A program made the translations under genes and the position numbers. Below the pieces are notes generated by a model, which had not been told where the DNA came from, searched no databases, and saw only the letters and a list, made by a program, of their open reading frames with translations. Positions 34,656 through 45,463 of a stretch of 54,972 nt of DNA are shown here, in pieces; within the stretch, counting starts at the first letter, position 1; every line of letters begins with the position of its first letter. The DNA lies in the NCBI GenBank assembly GCA_042571085.1, contig JBHPGB010000004.1:1-54972 (forward strand), read 5' to 3'. The stretch is from Patescibacteria group bacterium. Lineage in GTDB: Bacteria; Patescibacteriota; Minisyncoccia; Phycocordibacterales; JBHPGB01.

Positions 34656-37600
34656 ATGCATAGAGAAAAAAAGTATTTTTCCCGATACAAGGAATCTTTG
34701 ATAGAAGTTCCCAATCTCGTGGAAAATCAAGTGGAGTCGTTTAGATTGCTTATAGACAAGGGTATACAAGAAGTGTTTGATGAATTCTCTCCAATATCAG
34801 ACTACTCAGGAAAAAAGTTTGATTTGGAATTTGTTAAGTTTGAAATTTCAGAACCGAAATTTGATGAACACTTTGCAAAAGAAAGAGAAACAACATACGA
34901 AGCGCCGTTTAGAGTTACAGTAAAACTCAAAAACAAAACGCTTGGTACAGAAAAAGAACAAGAACTTTTCATGGCGGATTTCCCGCTAATGACCGATCAC
35001 GGAACATTTATTATTAACGGAGTTGAGCGTGTAGTCGTGCCACAATTGGCGCGTAGCTTTGGTGTGCTTTTCACAGCTCAAGAATCTCGCGGTAAAAGAT
35101 ATTTTGGTGCGAAGATTATACCTGCACGAGGTGCATGGGCTGAAATAGAGTCGGATTCAGATGGCCTTATATATGCTCGTATTGATAAGAAAAGAAAGTT
35201 CCATGTGAGCTCACTTTTGCGTGCATTTTTCAACAATATATCTGATGAAGAAATAATAAAGAAATTCAGCAAAAACAAAGAAGCACAGGAAATCATGAAA
35301 AATGTTTTTGAAAAAGACCCCGCAGAAAATGCGTCAGAATCATATATGGAGATACACAAACGTCTCCGCGATGGAGAATTGGTATCACCTGAAAACGCAA
35401 AAGGATTTATTGAATCAATTTTCAGCAAGGAGAAATATGACCTGCATGCTGTTGGGCGTTTTCGATTCAACAAGCGCTTTGGCAAAGATACAGACAAAAA
35501 AGCGTTGAATGAAAGAGTTCTATCTGGAGATGATGTGGTAGCTATCATAAGCCACATTGTTGAGCTCAATGCTGACCCAAATGCTGTAGAGGATAACATA
35601 GACCATCTTGGAAGCCGTCGTGTGCGATATTTTGGTGAAATGATTCAGCAAAAAGTGCGTGTTGGTATGGCGCAAATGAAAAGAAACATTCAGGATAGAA
35701 TGTCTACTGTTGATTCAGATACAACACTTCCTGTAAACCTAATCAGCCCAAGACCTTTGCAGGCACGTATTAAAGAATTCTTTACTACAAACCCGCTTTC
35801 ACAATTTATGAACCAAGAAAACATTCTTGGTGAGATCGAGCAACTAAGAACACTTTCAGCGCTCGGCCCTGGAGGACTTACACGTGAGCGTGCAGGTCTT
35901 GATGTTCGTGACGTACACCCTTCACACTACGGACGTGTATGTCCTATCCACACACCAGAAGGTCCAAACATTGGTTTGATTTTGCACCTTTCTGTATTTG
36001 CACGCATAAATGAATTCGGAATGATTGAAACCCCATACGCGAAAGTTAAGAATGGAAAAATTACAAAAGAGATTGCATACATGAATGCGTTTGAAGAAGA
36101 GAAATATAAAATTGCGCATGGTGCTACTCCATATGATAAAAATGGAAATATAATTGATTCAGAAGCTGAGGTGAGAATTAATGGACGCCCAGTGAGAATT
36201 GATACTAAAGATGTTGATCTAATTGATATTGCGCCAAACCAGGCCTTTTCAATTGCAACAAGCATGATTCCTTTCTTGGAGCACAATGATGCCAACCGAG
36301 CACTCATGGGTTCTAACATGCAGAAGCAGTCTGTTCCTTGTATTATTCCTGACGCACCTTTGGTAGCAACAGGAATGGAAGAAACAGCAGCTAGGGATAC
36401 TGGACGATTGGTAATGGCTACAGAAGACGGTACTGTTACAGCTCTTGATGCGCGACACATTATTGTAAAAGGAAAGAAAGGCGAGAAGACATACAAGCTT
36501 GTTAACTTCTCACGAACAAATGGATTTACTATATTCCACCAACGTCCTACCGTTGAGCTTGGTCAGAAAGTAAAACGTGGTGATGTTCTTGCGAACACCT
36601 CATCATCTGATGCCGGTCAAATGGCACTAGGACAAAACGCACTTATTGCTTTCATGTCATGGGATGGTGCCAACTACGAGGATGCCATCATTATTTCAGA
36701 GCGCTTGGTAAAACAAAGCAAATTCTCAAGTATTAAAGTTGATGAGTTTGTTGCAAGTGTGCGTGATACAAAATTAGGCCCTGAAGTAACAACACACGAC
36801 ATTCCAAATGTCGGTGAAGCAAAATTGAAGGACCTTGATGAAGAAGGTATTGTGCGAATTGGTGCTGAAGTTGGACCAAACGATATCTTGGTTGGAAAGA
36901 TTACACCTAAGGGAGAAACAGAACTTACACCAGAAGAGCGATTACTCCGATCTATTTTTGGTGAGAAAGCACGTGATGTAAAAGATACATCTTTGAGAAT
37001 GGAACACGGAAAACGTGGTCGTGTTGTTGGTGTGAAAATTTTCTCACGAGAAAAAGGCGACAACATGGAATCTGGAATTATAAAACGTATTCATGTTGAA
37101 GTTGCTTCACTACGAAACATTTCAGTTGGAGATAAGCTTGCAGGACGACACGGAAACAAAGGAGTTATTTCACGAATTTTGCCGGAAGAGGAAATGCCAT
37201 ACATGGCTGACGGTACACCGGTGGATGTTATTTTGACACCGCTTGGAGTTCCATCACGTATGAACCTCGGGCAGATTCTTGAATTGCACTTAGGGCTTGC
37301 CGCAAATGAGCTTAATTATCAGGCTATCACTCCTGCGTTCTTCTCAGCTACTGAAGAAGAGATTAAGGAAGAGCTTAAAGAAGCAGGCTTTAATGAAGAC
37401 GGTAAAATGAAACTCTTTGATGGACGTACTGGAGAAGCGTTTGAGCAGAATATTTCAGTTGGATACATGTATATGCTTAAGCTTAACCACATGGTGCGAG
37501 ACAAGATTCACATGCGTTCAATTGGCCCATACTCACTTATTACACAGCAGCCACTCGGAGGAAAGGCACAAGGAGGAGGGCAGCGATTTGGAGAGATGGA

Positions 37601-37814
37601 AGTTTGGGCACTTGAAGGTTATGGAGCTGCCCACACATTACGCGAAATACTTACAGTTAAATCAGATGATATTTTGGGACGAACCGCAGCGTTTGACTCA
37701 ATCGTAAAAGGACAAAAGGTCGTACAACCAAATATACCAGCATCATTTAATGTTCTTCTCAACAACCTGCGTGGACTCGCACTAAATGTAGAGATGAAGA
37801 AGAATGATAAATAA
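34656..37814 (+). CDS. rpoB: RNA polymerase beta subunit
   Basis: FIINGVERVVV, GRVCPIHTPEGPNIG, RALMGSNMQKQ, GDKLAGRHGNKGV, GGQRFGEMEVWALE. Confidence 0.99.
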   Translation: MHREKKYFSRYKESLIEVPNLVENQVESFRLLIDKGIQEVFDEFSPISDYSGKKFDLEFVKFEISEPKFDEHFAKERETTYEAPFRVTVKLKNKTLGTEKEQELFMADFPLMTDHGTFIINGVERVVVPQLARSFGVLFTAQESRGKRYFGAKIIPARGAWAEIESDSDGLIYARIDKKRKFHVSSLLRAFFNNISDEEIIKKFSKNKEAQEIMKNVFEKDPAENASESYMEIHKRLRDGELVSPENAKGFIESIFSKEKYDLHAVGRFRFNKRFGKDTDKKALNERVLSGDDVVAIISHIVELNADPNAVEDNIDHLGSRRVRYFGEMIQQKVRVGMAQMKRNIQDRMSTVDSDTTLPVNLISPRPLQARIKEFFTTNPLSQFMNQENILGEIEQLRTLSALGPGGLTRERAGLDVRDVHPSHYGRVCPIHTPEGPNIGLILHLSVFARINEFGMIETPYAKVKNGKITKEIAYMNAFEEEKYKIAHGATPYDKNGNIIDSEAEVRINGRPVRIDTKDVDLIDIAPNQAFSIATSMIPFLEHNDANRALMGSNMQKQSVPCIIPDAPLVATGMEETAARDTGRLVMATEDGTVTALDARHIIVKGKKGEKTYKLVNFSRTNGFTIFHQRPTVELGQKVKRGDVLANTSSSDAGQMALGQNALIAFMSWDGANYEDAIIISERLVKQSKFSSIKVDEFVASVRDTKLGPEVTTHDIPNVGEAKLKDLDEEGIVRIGAEVGPNDILVGKITPKGETELTPEERLLRSIFGEKARDVKDTSLRMEHGKRGRVVGVKIFSREKGDNMESGIIKRIHVEVASLRNISVGDKLAGRHGNKGVISRILPEEEMPYMADGTPVDVILTPLGVPSRMNLGQILELHLGLAANELNYQAITPAFFSATEEEIKEELKEAGFNEDGKMKLFDGRTGEAFEQNISVGYMYMLKLNHMVRDKIHMRSIGPYSLITQQPLGGKAQGGGQRFGEMEVWALEGYGAAHTLREILTVKSDDILGRTAAFDSIVKGQKVVQPNIPASFNVLLNNLRGLALNVEMKKNDK

Positions 37815-37839
37815 TAATCATTGATTACCTAAAAAAATT

Positions 37840-40800
37840 ATGGAAAAAGAACAAATAACAATGGGACCACAAGACTTTGATTCAATCGGTATTAGTGTTG
37901 CATCACCTGAAATTATTAAAGAATGGTCACACGGAGAAGTTACTAAACCAGAAACGATCAACTATCGCTCAGGTCGCAGTGAACGCGGTGGGCTCTTCGA
38001 CGAGAGAATTTTTGGACCAGAAAAAGATTACGAATGTTACTGTGGTAAATATAAGAGAATTCGTTACAAAGGCATCATATGTGAAAAATGTGGTGTTGAG
38101 GTTACAAAATCAATCGTACGTCGTGAAAGAATGGGACACATCGAGCTTTCCAGCCCGGTTGCGCACATTTGGTTTTTGCGAGGCATTCCTTCTCGTTTAG
38201 CACTATTCCTAAGTGTGTCAGCGGCTGAACTAGAAAAGGTAATTTACTTCGCTGGATATATCGTTACATCTGTGAACGAAGCAGAGAAAGCAAAGCTAAT
38301 GCAGAGTGCAGACAATGAATATAAAATAAAAGTTAAGCAACTTAAAGATGATAAGGCACGCGATGCACTAAAAGAGTTGCTACAAGATACAAAGAAAGAA
38401 ATTCAAAGTATTGCTGAGGGCGTTGTGCTTGATGAAACACAATATCACAGGTTTTCAATTAAGTATGGAACAATATTTGAAGCTGGTATCGGTGCTGAAG
38501 CAATTTATGATATTTGCGCAGCTGTTGATCTTGAAAAACTTGTTAAGAAATTAGAAGAAGATCTTGGTAAAAAGGGGGCAGACAAAACAAAACTGCAAAA
38601 GCGTTTGGGTCTTGTTCGTTCTCTAATAAAATCAAATACTCGTCCAGAGTGGATGTTCCTAACTTCAATTCCAGTTACTCCACCGGGGATTCGTCCGATG
38701 GTTGCGCTTGAAGGAGGACGACACGCGACTAGTGATGTAAACGATTTGTACCGACGTGTAATCAATAGAAATAATCGTTTGAAGAAGCTTCAGGCTATAC
38801 AAGCACCAGATGTTATCTTGCGTAACGAAAAAAGAATTTTGCAAGAAGCTGTTGATGCTCTTATTGATAATTCAATGAGGCACAAAGCCGGTATGCCACT
38901 TTCACAAGCTGGCCGACGTCAGTTGAAATCTTTGGCAGATGGTTTGAAGGGAAAACAAGGATACTTTAGGCAAAACTTGCTTGGTAAGCGTGTTGACTAC
39001 TCAGGACGATCTGTGATTGTTGTTGGTTCAAGCCTTAAATTGAGCCAGTGTGGTTTGCCAAAACACATGGCACTTGAACTATTCCGCCCATTCATTATTT
39101 CACAACTTATAGATCAAGAACTCGCATACAATATTCGTGGTGCAAACAGACTAATCGATGACGGTATTGCTGAAGTATGGGCTATTTTGGAAGATGTAAT
39201 TAAAGATAAATACGTACTTTTGAACCGTGCACCAACTCTTCACAGAATGGGTATTCAAGCTTTCCAACCAGTATTGATTGAGGGTAATGCTATTCAGGTG
39301 CACCCACTCGTATGTAGCGCATTTAACGCCGACTTCGATGGTGATCAGATGGCTGTTCACGTACCACTTTCAGATAAAGCACAAGAAGAAGCTCGTGAAC
39401 TCATGGCTTCTAATAAAAACCTTCTAGGACCTGGTTCTGGTGATCCTATTGTAAGTATGAGCCTTGATATTGCACTTGGTTGTTTCTGGATGACAAAATT
39501 AGTTGATGGTAAAAAAGGAGAAGGTAAGATTTTCCCAACGCCAAACTCTGCTATTACTGCATACGACTTTGGAGAAGTTGACTTCCGAGCAAAGATAAAA
39601 GTGATGGGAACAGAGCGTGAAAAATACGCACAGTTTGAAGAAAAACCTTTTGAAACTTCAGTAGGGCGTCTTTTGTTTAACTCAGTTTTGCCAGCAGACT
39701 TCCCGTACTTGAATAAAGCAGTTGGTAAAAAAGATTTATCTGCACTTGTGGATGACTTGATCAACACATACGGAATAAATAATGTTTCTGATACTTTGGA
39801 TAAAATTAAAACTTTTGGATTTAAATATGTTACAAATTCAGGAATCACATGGGGAATGACAGATGTTAAAGTTCCTGAACAAAAAGAGCAGATTGTTACA
39901 GAAGCACGAAACGAGGTTAAGACAATTACAGACCAGTATAATGGAGGACTTCTTTCAGAGACTGAGAGATATAGAAAGGTGATTGAAATATGGCAGGGAG
40001 TACGTGGACAAATTGAAAAATTAATTCCAGAAACGTTGCCTGAAAATGGTTCTGCCAGCGACATGATTCAGTCTGGTGCACGAGGAAACATTTCTCAGAT
40101 TACACAAATGGCTGGAATGAAAGGTCTTATTGTGAACACACAAGGAGAAACATTTGATTTCCCTATTGTTCCATCAAACAAAGAAGGACTTTCACCACTT
40201 GAATATTTCGTGACTACTCACGGTTCTCGAAAAGGTCTTGCCGATACGGCTCTTAATACCGCGCGTGCTGGATATCTAACACGTCGTCTTGTATATGTTG
40301 CCGACAACGCAATAATTACTCAAGAAGATTGTGGTACTAAAGAAGGAAGGCTTATAAAAAGAAAAAATGTTTTCGGTTTTGACTTGTCACTTGCAAAAAA
40401 CATTCGCGGAAGAATATTGGCGCAAAGTGTGGAAGATGAAAAAGGAAACACAATGTATAAAAAAGGATCATTACTCACAAAGAGTGATGCACAAAAAATA
40501 GAAGACGCTGGTGTTGAAGAGGTTGTGGTACGTTCACCACTTTCATGTAAATCAAACATCGGTTTGTGTCAGAGCTGTTATGGATCAGACCTTGGTCGCA
40601 ACGAATTAGTGAAGATGGGTGAGCCTGTTGGTATTGTTGCAGCGCAAGCGATTGGAGAGCCTGGTACACAGCTTACTATGCGTACGTTCCATGCCGGAGG
40701 TATTGCTTCAGCTGGTGGAGACATCACAACTGGTCTGCCTCGTGTGGAAGAAGTGTTTGAACGACGCGCACCGAAATCAAAGGCTGTAATCAGTGTTGAT

Positions 40801-41493
40801 GATGGTAAGGTTATGGAAATAAAACAAGAAGGTAAAGAAAAGATAATCGTTGTACTAGGAGAGGAGACAGCAAAGAAATCAAAGACCAAGAGTGCAGAAG
40901 TTGAATACACAGTAGCGTTCAACAGAACCACACTTGTGAAAGTGGGTGACTCTATACAAAAGGGAGATTTGCTAACAGACGGTTCAGCAGATATTTCAGA
41001 ACTTTTCAAATACGCAGGAGTTGAAAAGACAGAAGAGTACATCATCAACGAAATAAGTAAAATTTACGAATTGCAGGGAGCAACAATCTCACGTAAGCAT
41101 ATTGAAATTGTTATACGTCAGATGTTTTCTCGTAGCAAAATTAAAGAGTCAGGGGACACACAATTCTCAGTTGGCGAAATTGTTGAAAGAAGTGAATTGT
41201 TTGAAGCAAATGAAAAAGCAAAGGCTGAAGGTGGAGAAGAAGCAAAAGCAGACTCTCTGGTTCTCGGTATTACTGAAGCATCTCTTACAACAAGAAGTTT
41301 CTTGTCTGCTGCTTCATTCCAACACACATCACGTATTCTCATCAACTCAGCAATCAAGGGAAGTGTAGACCCGCTAGTTGGTATTAAGGAGAATGTTATC
41401 ATTGGACGCCTTATTCCAGCTGGAACAGGGTTTGGAAAGGATACGAAGGGAGGAGATGATGATGACGATGAGGTAGAAGAAGCTGAAGAATAA
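37840..41493 (+). CDS. rpoC: RNA polymerase beta' subunit
   Basis: ECYCGKYK Zn site, LLGKRVDYSGRSVI, catalytic FNADFDGDQMAVH, IGEPGTQLTMRTFH. Confidence 0.99.
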   Translation: MEKEQITMGPQDFDSIGISVASPEIIKEWSHGEVTKPETINYRSGRSERGGLFDERIFGPEKDYECYCGKYKRIRYKGIICEKCGVEVTKSIVRRERMGHIELSSPVAHIWFLRGIPSRLALFLSVSAAELEKVIYFAGYIVTSVNEAEKAKLMQSADNEYKIKVKQLKDDKARDALKELLQDTKKEIQSIAEGVVLDETQYHRFSIKYGTIFEAGIGAEAIYDICAAVDLEKLVKKLEEDLGKKGADKTKLQKRLGLVRSLIKSNTRPEWMFLTSIPVTPPGIRPMVALEGGRHATSDVNDLYRRVINRNNRLKKLQAIQAPDVILRNEKRILQEAVDALIDNSMRHKAGMPLSQAGRRQLKSLADGLKGKQGYFRQNLLGKRVDYSGRSVIVVGSSLKLSQCGLPKHMALELFRPFIISQLIDQELAYNIRGANRLIDDGIAEVWAILEDVIKDKYVLLNRAPTLHRMGIQAFQPVLIEGNAIQVHPLVCSAFNADFDGDQMAVHVPLSDKAQEEARELMASNKNLLGPGSGDPIVSMSLDIALGCFWMTKLVDGKKGEGKIFPTPNSAITAYDFGEVDFRAKIKVMGTEREKYAQFEEKPFETSVGRLLFNSVLPADFPYLNKAVGKKDLSALVDDLINTYGINNVSDTLDKIKTFGFKYVTNSGITWGMTDVKVPEQKEQIVTEARNEVKTITDQYNGGLLSETERYRKVIEIWQGVRGQIEKLIPETLPENGSASDMIQSGARGNISQITQMAGMKGLIVNTQGETFDFPIVPSNKEGLSPLEYFVTTHGSRKGLADTALNTARAGYLTRRLVYVADNAIITQEDCGTKEGRLIKRKNVFGFDLSLAKNIRGRILAQSVEDEKGNTMYKKGSLLTKSDAQKIEDAGVEEVVVRSPLSCKSNIGLCQSCYGSDLGRNELVKMGEPVGIVAAQAIGEPGTQLTMRTFHAGGIASAGGDITTGLPRVEEVFERRAPKSKAVISVDDGKVMEIKQEGKEKIIVVLGEETAKKSKTKSAEVEYTVAFNRTTLVKVGDSIQKGDLLTDGSADISELFKYAGVEKTEEYIINEISKIYELQGATISRKHIEIVIRQMFSRSKIKESGDTQFSVGEIVERSELFEANEKAKAEGGEEAKADSLVLGITEASLTTRSFLSAASFQHTSRILINSAIKGSVDPLVGIKENVIIGRLIPAGTGFGKDTKGGDDDDDEVEEAEE

Positions 41494-41514
41494 TTTAATT
41501 AACCGCCAGAGGTC

Positions 41515-41569
41515 GAAAAGTTTTTTACAATTTTATTGTAAAAAACTTTTCGACACGAATTTTATGTTG
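41515..41569 (-). repeat. 55-bp hairpin repeat, copy 2 (perfect 20-bp arms at 41512-41554)
   Basis: gtcgaaaagttttttacaat-ttt-attgtaaaaaacttttcgac, homologous to 6802-6856. Confidence 0.75.
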
Positions 41570-41594
41570 TAAAATTCGCCTAACAATCTAAAAT

Positions 41595-43322
41595 ATGCAA
41601 AACAACGTCGAACAAATCAAAGAAAGATTAGACATTGTAGATGTTGTTGGTGCGTACTTAAAATTGGAAAAGGCGGGAGTAAATTTTAAGACATGTTGTC
41701 CTTTTCACAATGAAAAAACACCAAGCTTTCTTGTGTCGCCAGTACGTGGTACATACCACTGTTTTGGTTGCAATAAAGGTGGAGATATATTTTCTTTTGT
41801 AGAAGAGATGGAAGGAATTGATTTCAAGGGCGCACTAAAGATCCTCGCGGATCGTGCTGGTGTGCAGCTAGAGTATCAAAATCCTGAGAAACAAAAAGAA
41901 TCAGATAGATTATATTCTGTCTTGGAAACCGTAACACATTTTTATCAAGTGAATCTCACGAAAAATAAAGATGCACTTGCGTATCTTTACGGGAGGGGTC
42001 TGAATGCAGAAACATTGAAAGCTTTTCGTGTAGGTTTCGCAAAAGATAGTTGGGAAGATTGTTATGAATCTCTGAAGAGTAAAGGATATTCCGATAAGGA
42101 AATAGGAGATGTCGGGATGTCTGTTAAAAAGCAGGATGGAAATGCTGCTGGTAGAAACTACTACGATAGATTTAGAAGCAGGATAATGTTTCCAATCTCA
42201 GACAGCGCTGGAAGGGTAGTTGCTTTTTCTGGAAGAATTTTTGGGAAAGAGGATGACAAGATGGGTAAGTATGTGAACAGCCCTGAAACGTCGCTATTTC
42301 ACAAATCAAATATACTTTTTGGATATGACAAAGCAAAAGCTCATATGAGAAAGGAGAACACTTGCGTGCTTGTGGAAGGACAGATGGACACGATAATGGC
42401 ACATCAGGCCGGTACAGAGAATGCTGTTGCCGTATCTGGTACCGCATTCACGGAAGCTCATGCTCGCATGATAAATCGTATAGTAGATACACTCATACTC
42501 GCACTTGACGCCGATCCTGCAGGACTTGCAGCAACACAGAAATCAGCACTCGTGGCTTTGAGAGAAGGTCTTGATGTGAGAGTGGCTGTATTGCCAGAAG
42601 GAAAGGATCCAGCTGATCTTATTTTAGAAAATCCTGAAGCATGGAACGACTCACTAGTATCAGCACAACATGTCATTAATTTTTATCTGAGTATTCTTGA
42701 AAAGCAATTTCCAGATGCGCGAACATTCAAACTTGAAGCAGCAAAACAGGTATTACCACTCGTTAAGCAGATAAATAACAAAATAGATCAATCCCATTTT
42801 ATATCAGAGGTTTCAAGGAAGCTCGCGATGTCGGAAGATGTGATAAAAGATGAGTTACAGAAAATTCAACAACAAGACAGTAGTGCACAAGCAGTAGCAC
42901 CAATCGGAAACAATACTGGTGATATAAATACAAAAAATAGAAAAGAAATAATACAGAAAAATATATTCGGAATACTTTTATGGCAAGAGTCCGACAAAGA
43001 TACAGACATACATATTGACGAGCTCAAGAAACGACTTAGAGAAATAATCGGAGACGGTGTGTATGGTGCATTAGAACAAATTTCAGATAAGGATAAGCAA
43101 AAGCTTAGTTTTGAGGCAGAAAGACACGTTGGTACAGGAAACATTACATCAGAAATTGACGAATTGTTTGCGAATTTGTCATTAGAAATTTTACAAGATA
43201 AACGCAAAGCTCTCTCCTTAGAACTGCAGGAAGCAGAACTCGCAGGAGATAGCGATAAGTCAAAAGAGCTTCTAAAAGAGCTTCAAAAGATATCAGAAGA
43301 AATATCAAATATAAAGGGTTAG
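41595..43322 (+). CDS. dnaG: DNA primase
   Basis: CHC2 zinc finger CPFHNEKTPSF...HCFGC, KYVNSPET, TOPRIM VEGQMD and ALDADPAG. Confidence 0.98.
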   Translation: MQNNVEQIKERLDIVDVVGAYLKLEKAGVNFKTCCPFHNEKTPSFLVSPVRGTYHCFGCNKGGDIFSFVEEMEGIDFKGALKILADRAGVQLEYQNPEKQKESDRLYSVLETVTHFYQVNLTKNKDALAYLYGRGLNAETLKAFRVGFAKDSWEDCYESLKSKGYSDKEIGDVGMSVKKQDGNAAGRNYYDRFRSRIMFPISDSAGRVVAFSGRIFGKEDDKMGKYVNSPETSLFHKSNILFGYDKAKAHMRKENTCVLVEGQMDTIMAHQAGTENAVAVSGTAFTEAHARMINRIVDTLILALDADPAGLAATQKSALVALREGLDVRVAVLPEGKDPADLILENPEAWNDSLVSAQHVINFYLSILEKQFPDARTFKLEAAKQVLPLVKQINNKIDQSHFISEVSRKLAMSEDVIKDELQKIQQQDSSAQAVAPIGNNTGDINTKNRKEIIQKNIFGILLWQESDKDTDIHIDELKKRLREIIGDGVYGALEQISDKDKQKLSFEAERHVGTGNITSEIDELFANLSLEILQDKRKALSLELQEAELAGDSDKSKELLKELQKISEEISNIKG

Positions 43323-43473
43323 AGTCAGAAATTCCAAATAACAAATCCAAAATCCAAAACAAACTAGAATTTTTAGAAATTCAAATATTTAAAATTTTTT
43401 GTGATTTTGATCTTTTATTTTAGAATTTGTTTCGAATTTCGAATTTCGATATTCGTATTTAATATTATTATTT

Positions 43474-44826
43474 ATGCCTAAAAAAACATCAGCAAAAAAG
43501 ACTGTAAAAAAACGAGCAGTAAAAAAGGTGGTCAAGAAGGTAAAGAAAACAACAAAGAAGGTCGCTAAAAAAACAGTAGCTAAAAAGACTGTTAAAAAGA
43601 AAGCCGTGAAAAAGGTTGTTAAGAAAACAAAGAAGACAACTAAGAAGGTGGCAAAAAAGACTGCCAAAAAAGCGGTAAAAGCTCGCGCAAAGAAGCCAGT
43701 AAAGAAAGCGGTAAAGAAGCCTGTGAAAAAGGCGGCTGCTCCGCGTGTGAAGCTTGGTAAAAAGGGTGCTGAATTACAAGAGAAAGCAGATGAGATGATT
43801 GAAAAAGGGAAGGAGCGTGGATTTATCACACATGACGATATTTTAAAAATCTTTCCTCATGTAGAAGAAGACGTTGTTTTTCTTGATGCGCTGTATGATA
43901 AATTGAGCGTAGCCGGCGTTAATGTTGTTGAAGGTGGTAATCTACTAATAAGTGACGAGGAGTTGCTAGGAGAGGTTAAAAGACGTGTAGGAAGGAGATC
44001 TGGGCACGACTCGGTGCAGATGTATCTAAAGGAAATAGGGCAATATCCACTTATTAATGCCAGCAAGGAGCGTGATCTTGCAAGGCGTATTGAAGCAGGT
44101 GATGAGGAAGCAAAAAATCTATTGGCACGTGCGAACCTGCGTTTGGTTGTTTCTATTGCAAAAAAGTATGTTGGACGAAGTCCTGACCTAACACTTCTTG
44201 ATCTAATCCAAGAAGGGAATCTAGGACTATTCCGAGCGGTGGATAAATTTGATTGGACAAAAGGATTTAAGTTTTCTACGTATGCAACATGGTGGATTCG
44301 ACAGGCTATTACACGTGCTCTTGCTGATCAATCACGAACTATTCGTATTCCAGTACACATGGTTGAAACAATCGCAAAATATAAGCAGGTTGTAAAACGA
44401 CTTTCGCAAGATTTAGGTAGAGATCCACTTCCAGAAGAAATTTCTGTTGAGATGGATTTGGATATTGAAAAAGTGCATCAAATAAAAAATATTAATCAAG
44501 AAACAGTTTCACTTGAAAAACCAATTGGAGATGAAGAGGATTCTGTGCTCGGAGATTTTATTCCAGATGATAAAATTCTTTCCCCTGATCAAGAATCAGC
44601 ACGCCGTATTTTACGCGATCAGGTGGTTGAAATATTAGACGACCTTTCACCGAAAGAGCGAAAAATTTTGGAAATGCGACACGGTTTGCACGATGGTATC
44701 ATGCATACTCTTGAAGAGGTTGGATCTGAGTTTGGTGTGACACGTGAACGTATTCGACAGATTGAAGCAAAAGCACATGAGAAGATAAGACAGCATGAGA
44801 AATCTGGACGCTTGAGGAATTATTAA
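43474..44826 (+). CDS. rpoD: Primary sigma factor with a Lys-rich N-terminal extension
   Basis: [68 protein letters not shown]. Confidence 0.97.
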   Translation: MPKKTSAKKTVKKRAVKKVVKKVKKTTKKVAKKTVAKKTVKKKAVKKVVKKTKKTTKKVAKKTAKKAVKARAKKPVKKAVKKPVKKAAAPRVKLGKKGAELQEKADEMIEKGKERGFITHDDILKIFPHVEEDVVFLDALYDKLSVAGVNVVEGGNLLISDEELLGEVKRRVGRRSGHDSVQMYLKEIGQYPLINASKERDLARRIEAGDEEAKNLLARANLRLVVSIAKKYVGRSPDLTLLDLIQEGNLGLFRAVDKFDWTKGFKFSTYATWWIRQAITRALADQSRTIRIPVHMVETIAKYKQVVKRLSQDLGRDPLPEEISVEMDLDIEKVHQIKNINQETVSLEKPIGDEEDSVLGDFIPDDKILSPDQESARRILRDQVVEILDDLSPKERKILEMRHGLHDGIMHTLEEVGSEFGVTRERIRQIEAKAHEKIRQHEKSGRLRNY

Positions 44827-44851
44827 GAATCAAGACTCAAAAACTAATGAA

Positions 44852-44886
44852 TAAAATACGGCTCATCCGAGATGAGCCGTATTTTA
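44852..44886 (+). terminator. Terminator after rpoD, same stem family as 15727
   Basis: taaaatacggctcatc-cga-gatgagccgtatttta. Confidence 0.75.
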
Positions 44887-44986
44887 CGTTGAAAACAAAG
44901 GGTTTCCCAAGACGGTCTTGGGATTGGGGATAACTTATATGCATAAGAAATCCCCGCCGGTTTATTGGCGGGGTTGAGGAGGTTTT

Positions 44987-45340
44987 TCAAAAGAGTTTCT
45001 GTCTCACTTTTGAAAATCCAAAGGCTAAGGTGCTGAAAGACAGTAGTCCAAATAAGGTCATTATTGTTGCTATGATACTCATGCTTATTGGAGCGATAAG
45101 ATATAACAGAGTATGCAACAATACCAAAGGTATTAGAAAAACTGGGTTGAAAAATGTTATGAGTAGGGTGAATCCACCACACATCATTATCCACTTTGGA
45201 ACAGCTAAACGATTTCTCATCATATCCATTGAAAGTCCAGTGATGGATAATGATACTGACCAAAGAATCAAGACTAGATATAATAGATCATGAGCTCGAA
45301 ACTCTGGTTGAACATTTGTGAATATGTATGAAAGTTCCAC
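44987..45340 (-). CDS. Small membrane protein
   Basis: 117-aa ORF with three hydrophobic segments. Confidence 0.5.
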   Translation of the reverse strand: MELSYIFTNVQPEFRAHDLLYLVLILWSVSLSITGLSMDMMRNRLAVPKWIMMCGGFTLLITFFNPVFLIPLVLLHTLLYLIAPISMSIIATIMTLFGLLSFSTLAFGFSKVRQKLF

Positions 45341-45463
45341 AGTAAACTCCTTGCTGACTGTTGATTAATGAGTGTTCACTTACCCTTAAATACAAACGGT
45401 ATATAATATTGTTTGTATGAAAAATAAAACTGCTACTTGCGAGATTACCACTTTACGTGTATT

